Shown here one piece after another: positions 18,854-28,795 of a stretch of 64,000 nucleotides of DNA. The position numbers and the translations under genes are program-made. The notes under the pieces are model-generated. The model did no database searches and was not told where the DNA came from. It saw nothing but the letters and a program-made list of their open reading frames with translations. The stretch is from Acidimicrobiia bacterium (GTDB lineage: Bacteria > Actinomycetota > Acidimicrobiia > Spongiisociales > JAHEDJ01), in assembly GCA_029210695.1 (NCBI GenBank), contig JARGFH010000004.1, positions 1 to 64,000 of the forward strand, read 5' to 3'. The stretch's first letter is position 1; each line of letters begins with the position of its first letter.

Positions 18854-20650
18854 ATGTCTTTACCCGCTGCTATTGCCGTGTTGGGCGGCCCGCGGACTGA
18901 GAGGCGGCGTCGCTTTCTCGCGCTGACGGCCGCCTTTGTGCTGGTTTTGACCGCGCTGGCGGCGTCTGCCGACCCGGCGTCGGCCGCCAAGAAGGAAGAT
19001 CCGCCAGGACAACTCGTCCAGGTTCAGTTGCTGGCGTTCAACGATTACCACGGCCATCTCCTGAATGGGACCGTGCCCGGCCAGGTCGACGGCCTCGATG
19101 CTGGTGGTTCGGAGTATCTGTCGACCAAGCTCAACGAGTTGCGGGCCGGCAACAAGTACAGCCTCACCGTGGCAGCCGGTGACTTGATCGGCGGCTCGCC
19201 GGCTTTCTCCGGGCTGTTCCACGACGAACCGTCGGTTGAATCGCTCAACGCGATGGGTCTCGACGTTTCGGGCGTCGGCAACCACGAGTTCGACGAGGGC
19301 GTCACGGAACTGCTCCGCATGCAGAATGGTGGCTGTCACCCAGTCGACGGCTGCTATTTCCCGGCCGAGCCGTTCGCCGGAGCCGATTTCCAGTGGCTGG
19401 CTGCCAACGTTGTTGACGAGGATGGTCAGACCCCGCTGCCGCCTTACTGGATCAAGAAGTTCGAGAGCGTCAAGGTCGGATTCATCGGGATGACACTGGA
19501 GGCAACAGATACCCTGGTCGCCGCCGCCGGCATCCAGGGGTGGGACTTCCTCGATGAAGCCGAGACGGCCAACGCACTAGTACCGATCCTGAAGGCGCAG
19601 GGTGTTGATGCCATCGTCGTGCTGTTGCACGAGGGTGGCTCGCAGACGCCGCCTCCCGGTGCGATCGACGCGTGCGTCGGGATCTCTGGACCCATCGTGG
19701 CGATCAACGACGCACTCGATCCTGCGATCGACGTGCTGATCACCGGTCACACCCACCTGCCCTACAACTGCTTGCTGCCCGACGCGGCGGGTAAGCCCCG
19801 CATCGTCACCAGCGCCTACTCGTACGGACGGGTGGTGTCGGAGTTTGACCTGGTCCTCGACAAGCGCACCAATGACGTTCGCCGTGATATGAGCACAGCC
19901 ACCAACCACGCCGTCATCCAGGTGGACCTGGAGCCGGACCCGGCCATGACCGCCATCATCGCCAAGTGGCAGCCGCTCTACGACCTGGCCGGCAACACCC
20001 CGGTCGGGACCATCACGGAGACGATCTTCCGTGGTGGCACGCCGCCGGGATCAGATCGTGGCGTCGAGTCGGCGGCCGGCAATCTGGTCGCCGATGCCCA
20101 GCTGTGGTGGACGTCGATCAACGCTTCTCAGATAGCGTTTATGAACCCCGGTGGGGTACGATCGGATCTCACCTACCTCCAGTCCCAAGACCCTCCGGAG
20201 GGCGACGGTGTGGTCACCTTCGGGGAGGCGTTCACGTTCCAGCCGTTTGGGAACACGCTGATTACCTACGAGATGACCGGAGCCGAGATCATTTCGGTGC
20301 TCGAAGAGCAGTGCCAACCGGCCGGGTCGAGCCGGGCGTTTCTGCACCTCGGGGTGTCCGACGGCTTCACGTACGACCTCGGCAAGACATTCGATGGCGT
20401 GACGGGCGACTGCACATCGGTGACGGTGAGCAATGTGCAGCTGAACGGCGTACCGCTCAACCCGGCCGTGACGTACAACGTCACGGTGAACACATTCCTG
20501 GCCGACGGCGGGGACAACTTCGGTACATTCGCCACGATCACCTCGCCGCGACTCGACGGAGGCAATGACCTCCAGGCCCTCATCAACTACCTGGGGACGT
20601 TCAGCCCGGTTGCTCCTCCGAGCATCGACCGGGTCAACGAACTGCCCTGA
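18854..20650 (+). CDS. Exported bifunctional metallophosphatase/5'-nucleotidase
   Basis: AGGAGG RBS; RRRRFL plus hydrophobic signal (possibly Tat); NDYHG, GD, GNHEFD, GHTH, NPGGVR, QPFGN. Confidence 0.92.
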   Translation: MSLPAAIAVLGGPRTERRRRFLALTAAFVLVLTALAASADPASAAKKEDPPGQLVQVQLLAFNDYHGHLLNGTVPGQVDGLDAGGSEYLSTKLNELRAGNKYSLTVAAGDLIGGSPAFSGLFHDEPSVESLNAMGLDVSGVGNHEFDEGVTELLRMQNGGCHPVDGCYFPAEPFAGADFQWLAANVVDEDGQTPLPPYWIKKFESVKVGFIGMTLEATDTLVAAAGIQGWDFLDEAETANALVPILKAQGVDAIVVLLHEGGSQTPPPGAIDACVGISGPIVAINDALDPAIDVLITGHTHLPYNCLLPDAAGKPRIVTSAYSYGRVVSEFDLVLDKRTNDVRRDMSTATNHAVIQVDLEPDPAMTAIIAKWQPLYDLAGNTPVGTITETIFRGGTPPGSDRGVESAAGNLVADAQLWWTSINASQIAFMNPGGVRSDLTYLQSQDPPEGDGVVTFGEAFTFQPFGNTLITYEMTGAEIISVLEEQCQPAGSSRAFLHLGVSDGFTYDLGKTFDGVTGDCTSVTVSNVQLNGVPLNPAVTYNVTVNTFLADGGDNFGTFATITSPRLDGGNDLQALINYLGTFSPVAPPSIDRVNELP

Positions 20651-20670
20651 ACTGAGGGTGATTGGCAACT

Positions 20671-20696
20671 GGACCCGACCCTACGGGGTCGGGTCC
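20671..20696. terminator. Hairpin between convergent genes, probable bidirectional terminator
   Basis: GGACCCGACCC-TACG-GGGTCGGGTCC perfect 11-bp stem. Confidence 0.7.
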
Positions 20697-20736
20697 AGCG
20701 CGACATCGACCTCCCGCAAATCCCGGTGCTCGAGGG

Positions 20737-21828
20737 TCAGCGGGGCAACCACATCGATACGGTGGTGCCCGCCGGGCCGCTCTCGAGGATTTCCATATCA
20801 CCACCATGCGCTCTCACCAGACCTCGGGCGATCGAAAGCCCCAGACCACTTCCCGGGGAGTCCTCGGACTTCACGAAGCGGCCGAAGACCTCCTCGAGTT
20901 GGGTGGGGTCGATGCCCGGGCCGGAGTCGACCACCTCGGTCGTGATTCGATCGTCCGCAACCTCGACCGTGATCATCAACCGACCCCCTCCGGGCATGGC
21001 CCGGATCGAGTTCACGACCAGGTTGGCGAGTGCTTGGCGGATTCGCACCGGGTCCATCTCTATCTCCGGCACGGTGGTGGGAGCATTCACCGAGATTTCC
21101 ACGGCCGAATTCGAGGCGATGGACTGGTACGAACTCGCCACCTCCTCGACCACCTTCATCAGGTCGGCATGCTCGGTTTGCAGCGGCAACTTCCCCGCCT
21201 CGGACAGGGTGAGGACCCGCAGATCTTCGATCAATCGCTCCAACACCTCGACCTCGTCGAGCAACGACTCCATGTGTGCGGGGCCACCGTCGTGGACCCC
21301 ATCGATCACAGCCTCGATCTCACCCCGGATGACCGCCAGCGGGGTCCTCAGTTCGTGACCCAGGTCGGACATCAACCGCCGGCGCTGTTCATCTGCCTCT
21401 TCGAGTCGCTCGGCCATCGAGTTGAACGAAGATCCGACCGCCCGCATCCCGGCGGAGGATCGCTCATCTACCCGGGCGCTGTAGTCACCGTCCGCTAATC
21501 GTCCGGCTGCCCCGATGAGATCCCGCACCGGCCGCCAGGTGCGCCGAACCAACGCACGTAGAAACCAGCCTCCCACCACCAGCACGAACAGCGTGGCTGC
21601 GACGATGCCGGGCCGCCCGGCCGACGCCACCCCCGCCACCGCAGTCGCGATGAGCGCCCCGAACAGCGCCGCTACCAGTGCCAGGAAGATCACAAACGCG
21701 AGTACACCTTTGAAGATCCGGCGCCCGAACCCTGCCCAATCCTGCTGACCCCGCCCGGCCCGCGGGGGCCAGTGCTCGCCTTCCGGCCACCACTGCGGCC
21801 CGCCGCGAAACTGCCTACCCGTCGGCAT
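20737..21828 (-). CDS. HAMP sensor histidine kinase
   Basis: Two TM helices, HAMP, HELRTPL, NLVVNS, DSGPG, GSGLGL. Confidence 0.93.
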   Translation of the reverse strand: MPTGRQFRGGPQWWPEGEHWPPRAGRGQQDWAGFGRRIFKGVLAFVIFLALVAALFGALIATAVAGVASAGRPGIVAATLFVLVVGGWFLRALVRRTWRPVRDLIGAAGRLADGDYSARVDERSSAGMRAVGSSFNSMAERLEEADEQRRRLMSDLGHELRTPLAVIRGEIEAVIDGVHDGGPAHMESLLDEVEVLERLIEDLRVLTLSEAGKLPLQTEHADLMKVVEEVASSYQSIASNSAVEISVNAPTTVPEIEMDPVRIRQALANLVVNSIRAMPGGGRLMITVEVADDRITTEVVDSGPGIDPTQLEEVFGRFVKSEDSPGSGLGLSIARGLVRAHGGDMEILESGPAGTTVSMWLPR

Positions 21829-22495
21829 ATTTGTACCCCACCCCGTACACGGTCAGCAGATACTGCGGATGCGACGGATCGGGTTCCAACTTGCGGCGCA
21901 AGTTCTTCACATGCGCGTCGATCGCCCGCTCGTACGACTCGAAAGCCACACCATGCAAGGCATCGAGGAGTTGAGCCCTCGTATACACCCGGCCTGGTGA
22001 GCGAGCGAAGTGCAACAGCAGGTCGAACTCGGTCGGAGTGAGATCGACGTATCGCCCGGCGACGGTCACTGTGCGTTTCGTCGTATCGATCTCGAGACCG
22101 CCCGCCCGCACCAACTCCGGCGCCTCTACTGAGGCGTCGACCCGGCGAAGCACTGCGCGGACCCGGGCGACCAGTTCTTTGGGGCTGAAGGGTTTGGCCA
22201 GGTAGTCGTCGGCGCCGAGTTCCAGGCCGACGATTCGATCGGCTTCTTCGGCCCTGGCGGTCAACATGATGATCGGCACATCCGACGACTTGCGCAGCAT
22301 GCGGGTCACGTCGAGGCCGTCGATGCCCGGCAACCCCAGGTCGAGCACGATCATGTCGGGCCGCTCGGAGCGGGCGGCGGCCAAAGCCGCCGGGCCGTCG
22401 GCGGCGGTGATGACGCGGAAGCCCGCCTGCTGCAGATAATCGCGCAGCAGGCGGGTGATCTTCATCTCATCGTCAACGACGAGGATCGTCTTCAT
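21815..22495 (-). CDS. OmpR/PhoB-family response regulator
   Basis: VVDDE, LDLGLP, GADDY..KPF, TVYGVGY. Confidence 0.95.
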   Translation of the reverse strand: MKTILVVDDEMKITRLLRDYLQQAGFRVITAADGPAALAAARSERPDMIVLDLGLPGIDGLDVTRMLRKSSDVPIIMLTARAEEADRIVGLELGADDYLAKPFSPKELVARVRAVLRRVDASVEAPELVRAGGLEIDTTKRTVTVAGRYVDLTPTEFDLLLHFARSPGRVYTRAQLLDALHGVAFESYERAIDAHVKNLRRKLEPDPSHPQYLLTVYGVGYKYADG

Positions 22496-22513
22496 GGCTC
22501 ATAGTGTGGTCGT

Positions 22514-22912
22514 TCAGTCTTCAACAGGTGGAGTGTGGTCGTCCACTTCTTGTCGGGCATGCGCCATCCGGTGCCATTCCTCGAAGCGATCGTCGTGCGC
22601 GGTTCCCTCGTCGCTCACCGGCCATCCCCTCCTGGAAACCCGCCGCGGGCGGGCCGCATCGGTTCCCCAGTCCTGTGATGGACCGCACCACCTCTTGCCC
22701 GGCTCGCCTCGCCCGCTGCGGCCGGCGAGCAGCCTGGCCGCCAGACCGAAGAGCATGAAGAACAGAACGATTTTGAATACGACGCCCAACACAATGAACG
22801 GTGCGGCCACCAGGCCGCCGACCGCTCCCGGGCCGCCGAACAGAGCGGCTCCCAACAGGACACCAATACCCAAAAGGATGAACACTCCGAACGGGCTTCG
22901 ACGCCTGAACAT
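22514..22912 (-). CDS. Small membrane protein upstream of the two-component system
   Basis: AAAGGA RBS; hydrophobic N-terminal half; C-terminal FEEWHRMAH. Confidence 0.7.
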   Translation of the reverse strand: MFRRRSPFGVFILLGIGVLLGAALFGGPGAVGGLVAAPFIVLGVVFKIVLFFMLFGLAARLLAGRSGRGEPGKRWCGPSQDWGTDAARPRRVSRRGWPVSDEGTAHDDRFEEWHRMAHARQEVDDHTPPVED

Positions 22913-22956
22913 ATCGATTCCTTTCTCGATTCGTTGACCACAGGATCTCGCCCTGA

Positions 22957-22985
22957 TGTGGAGAACTTGTGAACGCGGTGCGGAG
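22957..22985 (-). promoter_or_regulatory. Triple direct repeat with 11-bp period, putative OmpR-family binding site
   Basis: Minus strand CTCCGCA-N4-GTTCACA-N4-CTCCACA, 45 bp upstream of the 22912 start. Confidence 0.6.
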
Positions 22986-23110
22986 ACACGTGAGACATCG
23001 TTGATCCAGCGGTGCCGGCGGGCGGAGTCGGCATTTCCCGGTCTCAACTGAGCAGGCCGTTCGATAGGGTCCAGAATGTTGCCGAGAAGAACGACACGAA
23101 AGGCACGACC

Positions 23111-24121
23111 GTGGACGATATGAGCTTCATCGAAGGCATTCCGAAGGCCGAACTCCACCTTCACCTCGAGGGAACTCTCGAGCCGGAGTTGAAGCTCGCG
23201 CTGGCAGAACGAAATGACGTGGCGCTTCCGGCGAGGACGGTCGAGGCGATGCGAGCCGCCTACGATTTCCACGATCTGCCTTCGTTCTTGAGCGTGTACT
23301 ACGAAGGGATGAGCGTCCTGATCAGCGAGGAGGACTTCTTCGATCTGACCTATGCCTATTTGGTGAAGGCTCAGTCGCAGAACGTGCGGTATGCCGAGAT
23401 GTTCTTCGACCCGCAAGCGCACACGAGCCGTGGTCTTTCGTTCGAAACCGTGATCAGGGGGATTCATCGCGCCCAGGAACAGGGTCGTGCCGACCTGGGC
23501 ATCGAGACCCAGCTCATCATGTGTTTCCTGCGGGACATGACGGCCGGGTCGGCCTCCGAGGCGCTCGCTCAGTCGCTTCCCTACGGAGAGTGGATCGTGG
23601 GCGTCGGGTTGGATTCCGATGAGAAGGGCAATCCACCGGTCAAGTTCATCGATGTCTTCGCCGAGGCCCGCCGGAAGGGGTATCGCCTGACCATGCATTG
23701 CGATGTCGACCAGGACGACTCGGTCGAGCATATCTGGCAGTGCCTGGACGACGTTGGAGTCGAGCGGATCGACCATGGAGTGAACTCGCTCGAAGACGAT
23801 CGCCTAATCGACGAACTCCGCACTCGTGGTGTCGCCTTGACGGTTTGCCCGATTTCGAACAGCTATGTCACAGAGGGCACGAAGGCTTCTGCCATAAAGG
23901 AGATGCTCGACCGGGGCTTGAAGGTGACCATCAACTCAGATGATCCCGCCTACTTCCCCGGCTACATGACCGAGAACCTCATCGTCGCCCAACGCGAGGG
24001 CGGCTTGACGAGAGACGATCTGATCCAGCTGAGCCGGAACGCGTTCGAGGCTGCCTGGATTTCCGACGATCAGCGACGTCCCTACCTCGAGGAGTTGGCT
24101 GCGTATTCGACCCGGTTCTGA
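23111..24121 (+). CDS. add: Adenosine/adenine deaminase family enzyme
   Basis: PKAELHLHLEGTLE, EMFFDPQAH, RIDHG, CPISN, NSDDPAYF. Confidence 0.92.
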   Translation: MDDMSFIEGIPKAELHLHLEGTLEPELKLALAERNDVALPARTVEAMRAAYDFHDLPSFLSVYYEGMSVLISEEDFFDLTYAYLVKAQSQNVRYAEMFFDPQAHTSRGLSFETVIRGIHRAQEQGRADLGIETQLIMCFLRDMTAGSASEALAQSLPYGEWIVGVGLDSDEKGNPPVKFIDVFAEARRKGYRLTMHCDVDQDDSVEHIWQCLDDVGVERIDHGVNSLEDDRLIDELRTRGVALTVCPISNSYVTEGTKASAIKEMLDRGLKVTINSDDPAYFPGYMTENLIVAQREGGLTRDDLIQLSRNAFEAAWISDDQRRPYLEELAAYSTRF

Positions 24122-24126
24122 GGGAG

Positions 24127-25165
24127 TCAGCGATCGAGCATCTCTAGCTGGAAGCTGAATACCTGGTCGTAAGCCCGGCCCATTGCCACCCCAACGTTCC
24201 CGGTACTGGTGCTGTAGACGACTGAGTACTGGGTGTCGGGTTGGGACACGTCTTCCAGCAACAGAAAGGCTCCCGGGATGTCGAGCGCACCGCCGGCCCC
24301 TTCGAGTTGGCGCGCAACTGTGTCGTGCCGTCCGCACTGCCCTCCGGTCGACTCGACCGAGGACTCGAGGAAGTTGGTCGCCGCCTGCCATGCGGGGTCA
24401 CCACGAACCACCTGGATCTCGCCCTCGAAATGCTCAACGAGAGCCGAATCGCCATGCGAATCTGCTATCAGGTAATGGAGAGGGGGCCCACCCTCGAAGT
24501 CGATGTTGTAGGTCCCGAACAACTCGATCGCTTCTTCGACGGTACCTGCTTGTCCAACATCGCTCGAATGATCCCGAGCGATCCGATCGCCTCCTTGTCG
24601 GGGTCTATGGGTACCTCGCCTTGTGGAACCGCAGCCATGGCAATGGCGAAGCCTGCCTCGTTGAGGCCGTCGAAGGGAAGGTGATGGGCATCGAGAAGAC
24701 CGGCCAACTCCTCGATTGATCTGGAGGTCAAGTCCCCGGCCAGGTCACCGCGAAAACCCAGATACTCGATGTCGACGAACGTGACCGCCGCGTACCCGTC
24801 GGCCGGATCAGTGAAGAGCACCAGAGTCGGACTGAACCGCCAATCGAGGTTGCGGGCAAACAACCTCGACTCCGGGTCCGCCATGGCCGTGAAGAGGGTG
24901 CACGCCCAGACGCGATTACCTGAAGGAACAGCGGCATCGGGCCCCTTGTATTCCTGGAGTCGTACTCCGCGTAGTGGTGCATCCTGTAGAGCGGGTAATC
25001 GTCCACCTGCTCCAGGCTGAGGAGCGTGGCGGCTTCCGCATCTGACAGTCCGAGGTGGGAGTAGTCCTGGTCGGGGGCGGGAAAGGCCGGAGCACCGCAG
25101 GCCGCCAGGCCGACGATCGTTGCCAGCAGGAATGCCGTCCCTCTGCCCAGTCTCACCTTCACCAC
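24127..25165 (-). pseudogene. Lipoprotein Ntn-hydrolase (linear amide C-N hydrolase / C45-C59-like) with two frameshifts
   Basis: LAAC lipobox in one frame, ACTLF..RNLDW..DGLNEAG in a second, HYLIAD..ATNF..TQYSVVY in a third; shifts near 24915-24960 and 24550; may be sequencing error. Confidence 0.75.
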
Positions 25166-25260
25166 CCGATGCTCGCCACTTCACCATACGCCACCGACGG
25201 AGAGCGTGACCGGGTGTCCGTTGACATAACCGCGGTCGGCCGGGAGGCGACAGCTCGCCC

Positions 25261-26064
25261 TCAGCCGAGAACGGTTGCAGGACCAGGGTGAGCTAGGCCG
25301 TGATTGGCAATGGAGAGATGGGTATTTGTGTAGCGCTGGAGATTGGCGAGCTGCCGTCGATCGAGACGATCACAAACCCAGTCCCAATGGAGGGCAACCC
25401 ATTCCCCCGGACTGAAGCCACTCACGAACCCGTACCCCTCCAGGGTTGTGACGGCCAACTCCTCGATCTCAGCGCCGAGTGACAATGATCGACCATCCCA
25501 TTCGAGCGGTCGGCTACTAACCACCAGCTTTTCCCCGAGATCAGCCACAACCCGCCCCCACCGGATGCGACACCGGTCGAGGATCCGGAGCGGGTGGTCC
25601 CCGAGGTCGCCGTTCAACAGGCCAACCCACGGGTATACGCCGAGCACGTGAAATGAGTGGTGGGGAAGCGCTTTTGCCGGGATGGTCTCCTCGAGGTACT
25701 TCCACGATGCCCCTGCTCGAGGAGCGAAGCGATCACGCAGGGAATTGCCGAGTGCGGTTACGTCCAGTCCTTCGAGCAAAGGACTTCCGATCCAATACGC
25801 CTCGACGACTCTGGTGTCGAGTGGATCTCCGATGCCGGTTTCGGTGGCGATGAACTGGAGGTATGGCCATGCGCCGGAGAATCCCTTGGCCAACTCCCGT
25901 ATGCCGGGATCAACGACTTGCGCCGCACCGTACTCGAGCAAAGTGCGATGGTCCTCAGATCCGCAGTATCCCAGTTCGTTGGGTGGATAGGCGAAACGGG
26001 CAAACAGCAACGGTCCGGCGACCTCAGGCGAAAGGGTGCCGCGTGGATCGGGCGAGGCCTTCAT
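25261..26064 (-). CDS. DUF6390-like conserved protein
   Basis: FAYPPNELGYCG, EAYWIG, PHHSFHV, CRIRWG, VALHWDWVC motifs recognised from recall. Confidence 0.75.
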   Translation of the reverse strand: MKASPDPRGTLSPEVAGPLLFARFAYPPNELGYCGSEDHRTLLEYGAAQVVDPGIRELAKGFSGAWPYLQFIATETGIGDPLDTRVVEAYWIGSPLLEGLDVTALGNSLRDRFAPRAGASWKYLEETIPAKALPHHSFHVLGVYPWVGLLNGDLGDHPLRILDRCRIRWGRVVADLGEKLVVSSRPLEWDGRSLSLGAEIEELAVTTLEGYGFVSGFSPGEWVALHWDWVCDRLDRRQLANLQRYTNTHLSIANHGLAHPGPATVLG

Positions 26065-26363
26065 CGTGACCCAGCCAAGCGCATCGCCGACGCCGGGACG
26101 ATGAGCCAAAGGTCCTCATGATCGCGCACAAAGACCACAAGTGGCCCCAGCAGTATGCCCCTGATCATGGAGGCCGTGTTTACCCGCGTCTTCAACGATA
26201 TGGCTATCGACGCGCCGGGCTTGACCCCCGGGAGATCTCGCGGAGGCCGTCCTCAGCGCGGTGGGGATCGTCGGGTAGCCCGATCGTTCCGCCAACGGAG
26301 GGATCCCGGATCGCAGTAACCCGTTCGACCGACCGTCCACCCGAGGGCGGAGGCCGCCTCCGA

Positions 26364-26392
26364 CTCCACATAACCTTCACACAGCGCTCACT
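26364..26392 (+). promoter_or_regulatory. Triple direct repeat with 11-bp period, putative OmpR-family binding site
   Basis: CTCCACA-N4-CTTCACA-N4-GCTCACT, ~60 bp upstream of 26450. Confidence 0.6.
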
Positions 26393-26449
26393 ATGCCTGG
26401 ATGACCGTCTCCGATACTGCCCCTAGATGTTCAAGAAAGGAGCAACATC

Positions 26450-26857
26450 ATGAAGAAGACTCTCGGTCTTTTCCTGGCCGTGGCACTCCTGGTAGGAGCC
26501 ATGGCAACTGCCGCTCTGGCGGCGGCTCCCGGTGATGGAATCCGGGATTTCGACAACGTCGGCAACCAGGCCGGCAACGGCTACGCCTGGGGATTCATCG
26601 ACGAAGACGGTAATGGAGTCAGTGACAACTTCATCGACGCAGACGGCGACAAAATCTGCGACAACTACGTCGATGAGGACGGTGACGGTGTCAACGATCT
26701 GCGCGGGACCAGAGGTCTCGGTGGGCACGGCCCCAATGGCACCTGCGATGGAGAGAACTTCGTCGACGAGGATGGCGATGGTCTCTGCGACAACGCCGGA
26801 TCAGGCGGCGGCTCGCGCGGCATGAGCGGCGGTAACGGACACGGGCGGAACGGGTAG
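26450..26857 (+). CDS. Small secreted acidic protein with DxDGDG (Ca-binding-like) repeats
   Basis: AAGGAG RBS, Sec signal MKKTLG...ALA, four 12-aa units F/Y-I/V-D-x-D-G-x-x-x-x-D. Confidence 0.85.
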   Translation: MKKTLGLFLAVALLVGAMATAALAAAPGDGIRDFDNVGNQAGNGYAWGFIDEDGNGVSDNFIDADGDKICDNYVDEDGDGVNDLRGTRGLGGHGPNGTCDGENFVDEDGDGLCDNAGSGGGSRGMSGGNGHGRNG

Positions 26858-26870
26858 ATATCCGACTCCA

Positions 26871-26923
26871 CTCCCTCGTTTGTTCCCCCGTCATCGCGGC
26901 GGGGGAACGAACGCGAGGGGAGG
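26871..26923 (+). terminator. Long GC-rich hairpin after the secreted-protein gene
   Basis: CGTTTGTTCCCCCG...CGGGGGAACGAACG stem (one G-U pair). Confidence 0.6.
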
Positions 26924-26966
26924 AGCACGTCGATGAGTGCCGACACCCGCACCTACGATGACTTCC

Positions 26967-27662
26967 ATGCGAGCTGAACGGATTCTCGTGGTCGACGACG
27001 AAGACCGCATTCGGTCCACTGTCGTTTCCTATCTTCGTGAGGAGGGTTATCACGTCGATGAAGCGGCCACGGGGGAGGAAGCCGTCGCCAAAGCCCGCGA
27101 CAAGAGCCCCGACCTCGTGGTTCTCGACGTCCGCTTGCCGGGCATCGACGGTTTCGAGGTTCTACAGCAACTCCGCCGGACCTCCGACGTGTACGTCATC
27201 ATGCTGACTGCTCGCGCTGATGAGACCGACCGGTTGATCGGCCTCGAAGGCGGGGCCGACGACTACGTGACCAAGCCGTTCAGTCCGCGCGAACTCGTCG
27301 CCCGGGTCCGTACGGTTTTGCGCCGCAAGGGTATGACGAGTTCGGTCGACGAAGACGTTCTCGAGTTCGACGGTATCGCGGTGAACCTGGCCAGGAGGCA
27401 GGTCGGCGTGGACGGCCACGCGGTAGAGACCACCGCGCTCGAGTTCGACCTCCTCGCCGCGCTGGCCTCATCTCCGGGAAGGGTTTTCAGCCGCCGGCAG
27501 CTCATCGAACGCATCTGGGGCTGGGACTTCTTCGGAGACGAGCGGATCGTCGACACCCACATCAGCAACCTTCGCAAAGCGCTCGGTGACTCGGCCGACC
27601 CCCTGCGGTTCATCGGCACCGTGCGCGGCGTCGGATACAAGTTCCGCGGGGTCCGATCATGA
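26967..27662 (+). CDS. OmpR/PhoB-family response regulator
   Basis: VVDDE, LDVRLP, GADDYVTKPF, TVRGVGY; TACGAT 7 nt before ATG. Confidence 0.95.
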   Translation: MRAERILVVDDEDRIRSTVVSYLREEGYHVDEAATGEEAVAKARDKSPDLVVLDVRLPGIDGFEVLQQLRRTSDVYVIMLTARADETDRLIGLEGGADDYVTKPFSPRELVARVRTVLRRKGMTSSVDEDVLEFDGIAVNLARRQVGVDGHAVETTALEFDLLAALASSPGRVFSRRQLIERIWGWDFFGDERIVDTHISNLRKALGDSADPLRFIGTVRGVGYKFRGVRS

Positions 27663-28768
27663 GTATTTGGCGCCGTCTCCGCACCCGACTCTTTGTCTCC
27701 CATCTGCTGGTCATCGCGATCGGTGGGTTGGCGATGTTCGTGGTTGGGAGCGTCCTCACGAGGACGTTGTTCCAGGGCCGGCTAGGTCGGATGAATCGGG
27801 GCGCGGGCAGATTGAATAACGCAACGGCAGGCGAACTTCATGCGGCCCTCGGTGATTCGCTGAACATCGCGCTAGTGGTCGGCTTCGCAGTCGCCGTCCT
27901 GGCGGCCGGAGTGGTTGCGGCGTTCCTGGCCAGGAGGTTCATACGCCCGATCAGCGCCGTGCGGGAGGCGACCGACCGCATCGCCCGCGGCGAATACGAC
28001 GAGGAAATCGAGTTGCCCCAGGAGGAAGAGTTGGCGGCTCTGGCCGGGGACGTCAACACCCTGGCGCGGACCTTGTCGGCGACTGAGAGCCGACGGACAC
28101 GGCTCATCGGCGAGGTCACCCACGAACTCCGGTCACCGATCACCACCATCCGGGCGCTGATGGAAGGAGTCCTCGATGGAGTCACCGAGCCGACCAGTGA
28201 GTTGTTTGTGGCGGTAGCCGACGAAGCCTCCCGGATGCAACGCTTGGCCGACGACCTCGCGCTTTTGTCTCAGGCGGAAGAGGGGTCGCTGCCCATGGTT
28301 TTAGAACTCGCCGACCTGCGGGAACTGGGTGCCGGCGCGGCCGAGCGACTCCGGCTCCAGTTCGATCATCAGCAGGTGGCGCTCGAGGTTGAACCGGGCG
28401 TTGCTCTCCCGGTCTCCGTCGACCCCCTGCGCATCGGCCAGGTCTTCACCAATCTGCTGGGCAATGCCCTCATCCATACTCCCGCCGGCGGTGTCGTCGC
28501 CGTTCGATCGATCCGGGAGAGCGACATGGCCGTGGTAGAGGTCCTGGACTCGGGATCGGGTATCCAGCGCGACGAACTCGACCACATATTCGAGCGGTTC
28601 TACCGTCTGCCGGACTCGACCCAGCCGGCCGGACGCGGCATCGGGCTCACCATCGCCCGCAGCATCGCCCGAGCCCACGGTGGTGACGTCACTGCCGACT
28701 CGAGGGGCCCGGGCCAGGGGTCGACCTTCAGGATCTCGATTCCTCTCCACGAACTCGACCGGGGTTAG
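27659..28768 (+). CDS. HAMP sensor histidine kinase
   Basis: Two TM helices, HAMP, HELRSP, NLLGNA, DSGSG, GIGL. Confidence 0.93.
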   Translation: MSIWRRLRTRLFVSHLLVIAIGGLAMFVVGSVLTRTLFQGRLGRMNRGAGRLNNATAGELHAALGDSLNIALVVGFAVAVLAAGVVAAFLARRFIRPISAVREATDRIARGEYDEEIELPQEEELAALAGDVNTLARTLSATESRRTRLIGEVTHELRSPITTIRALMEGVLDGVTEPTSELFVAVADEASRMQRLADDLALLSQAEEGSLPMVLELADLRELGAGAAERLRLQFDHQQVALEVEPGVALPVSVDPLRIGQVFTNLLGNALIHTPAGGVVAVRSIRESDMAVVEVLDSGSGIQRDELDHIFERFYRLPDSTQPAGRGIGLTIARSIARAHGGDVTADSRGPGQGSTFRISIPLHELDRG

Positions 28769-28795
28769 AACGACCTTCCTGCCCGGACTTCCGGT

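Noticed and set aside
22913..23776. Long antisense ORFs such as the 420-aa 22514-23776 extension, 33526-34917, 35283-37031, 61318-62889
   Set aside because: Shadow frames of well-supported genes in high-GC DNA; no motifs
18854..24121. Purine salvage cluster (5'-nucleotidase, deaminase, distant XDH-family enzyme)
   Set aside because: Genes are in separate transcription units with unrelated genes between them; Mo enzyme substrate unknown
26110..26360. Short ORFs between the DUF6390-like gene and the secreted protein
   Set aside because: No RBS, motif or consistent frame
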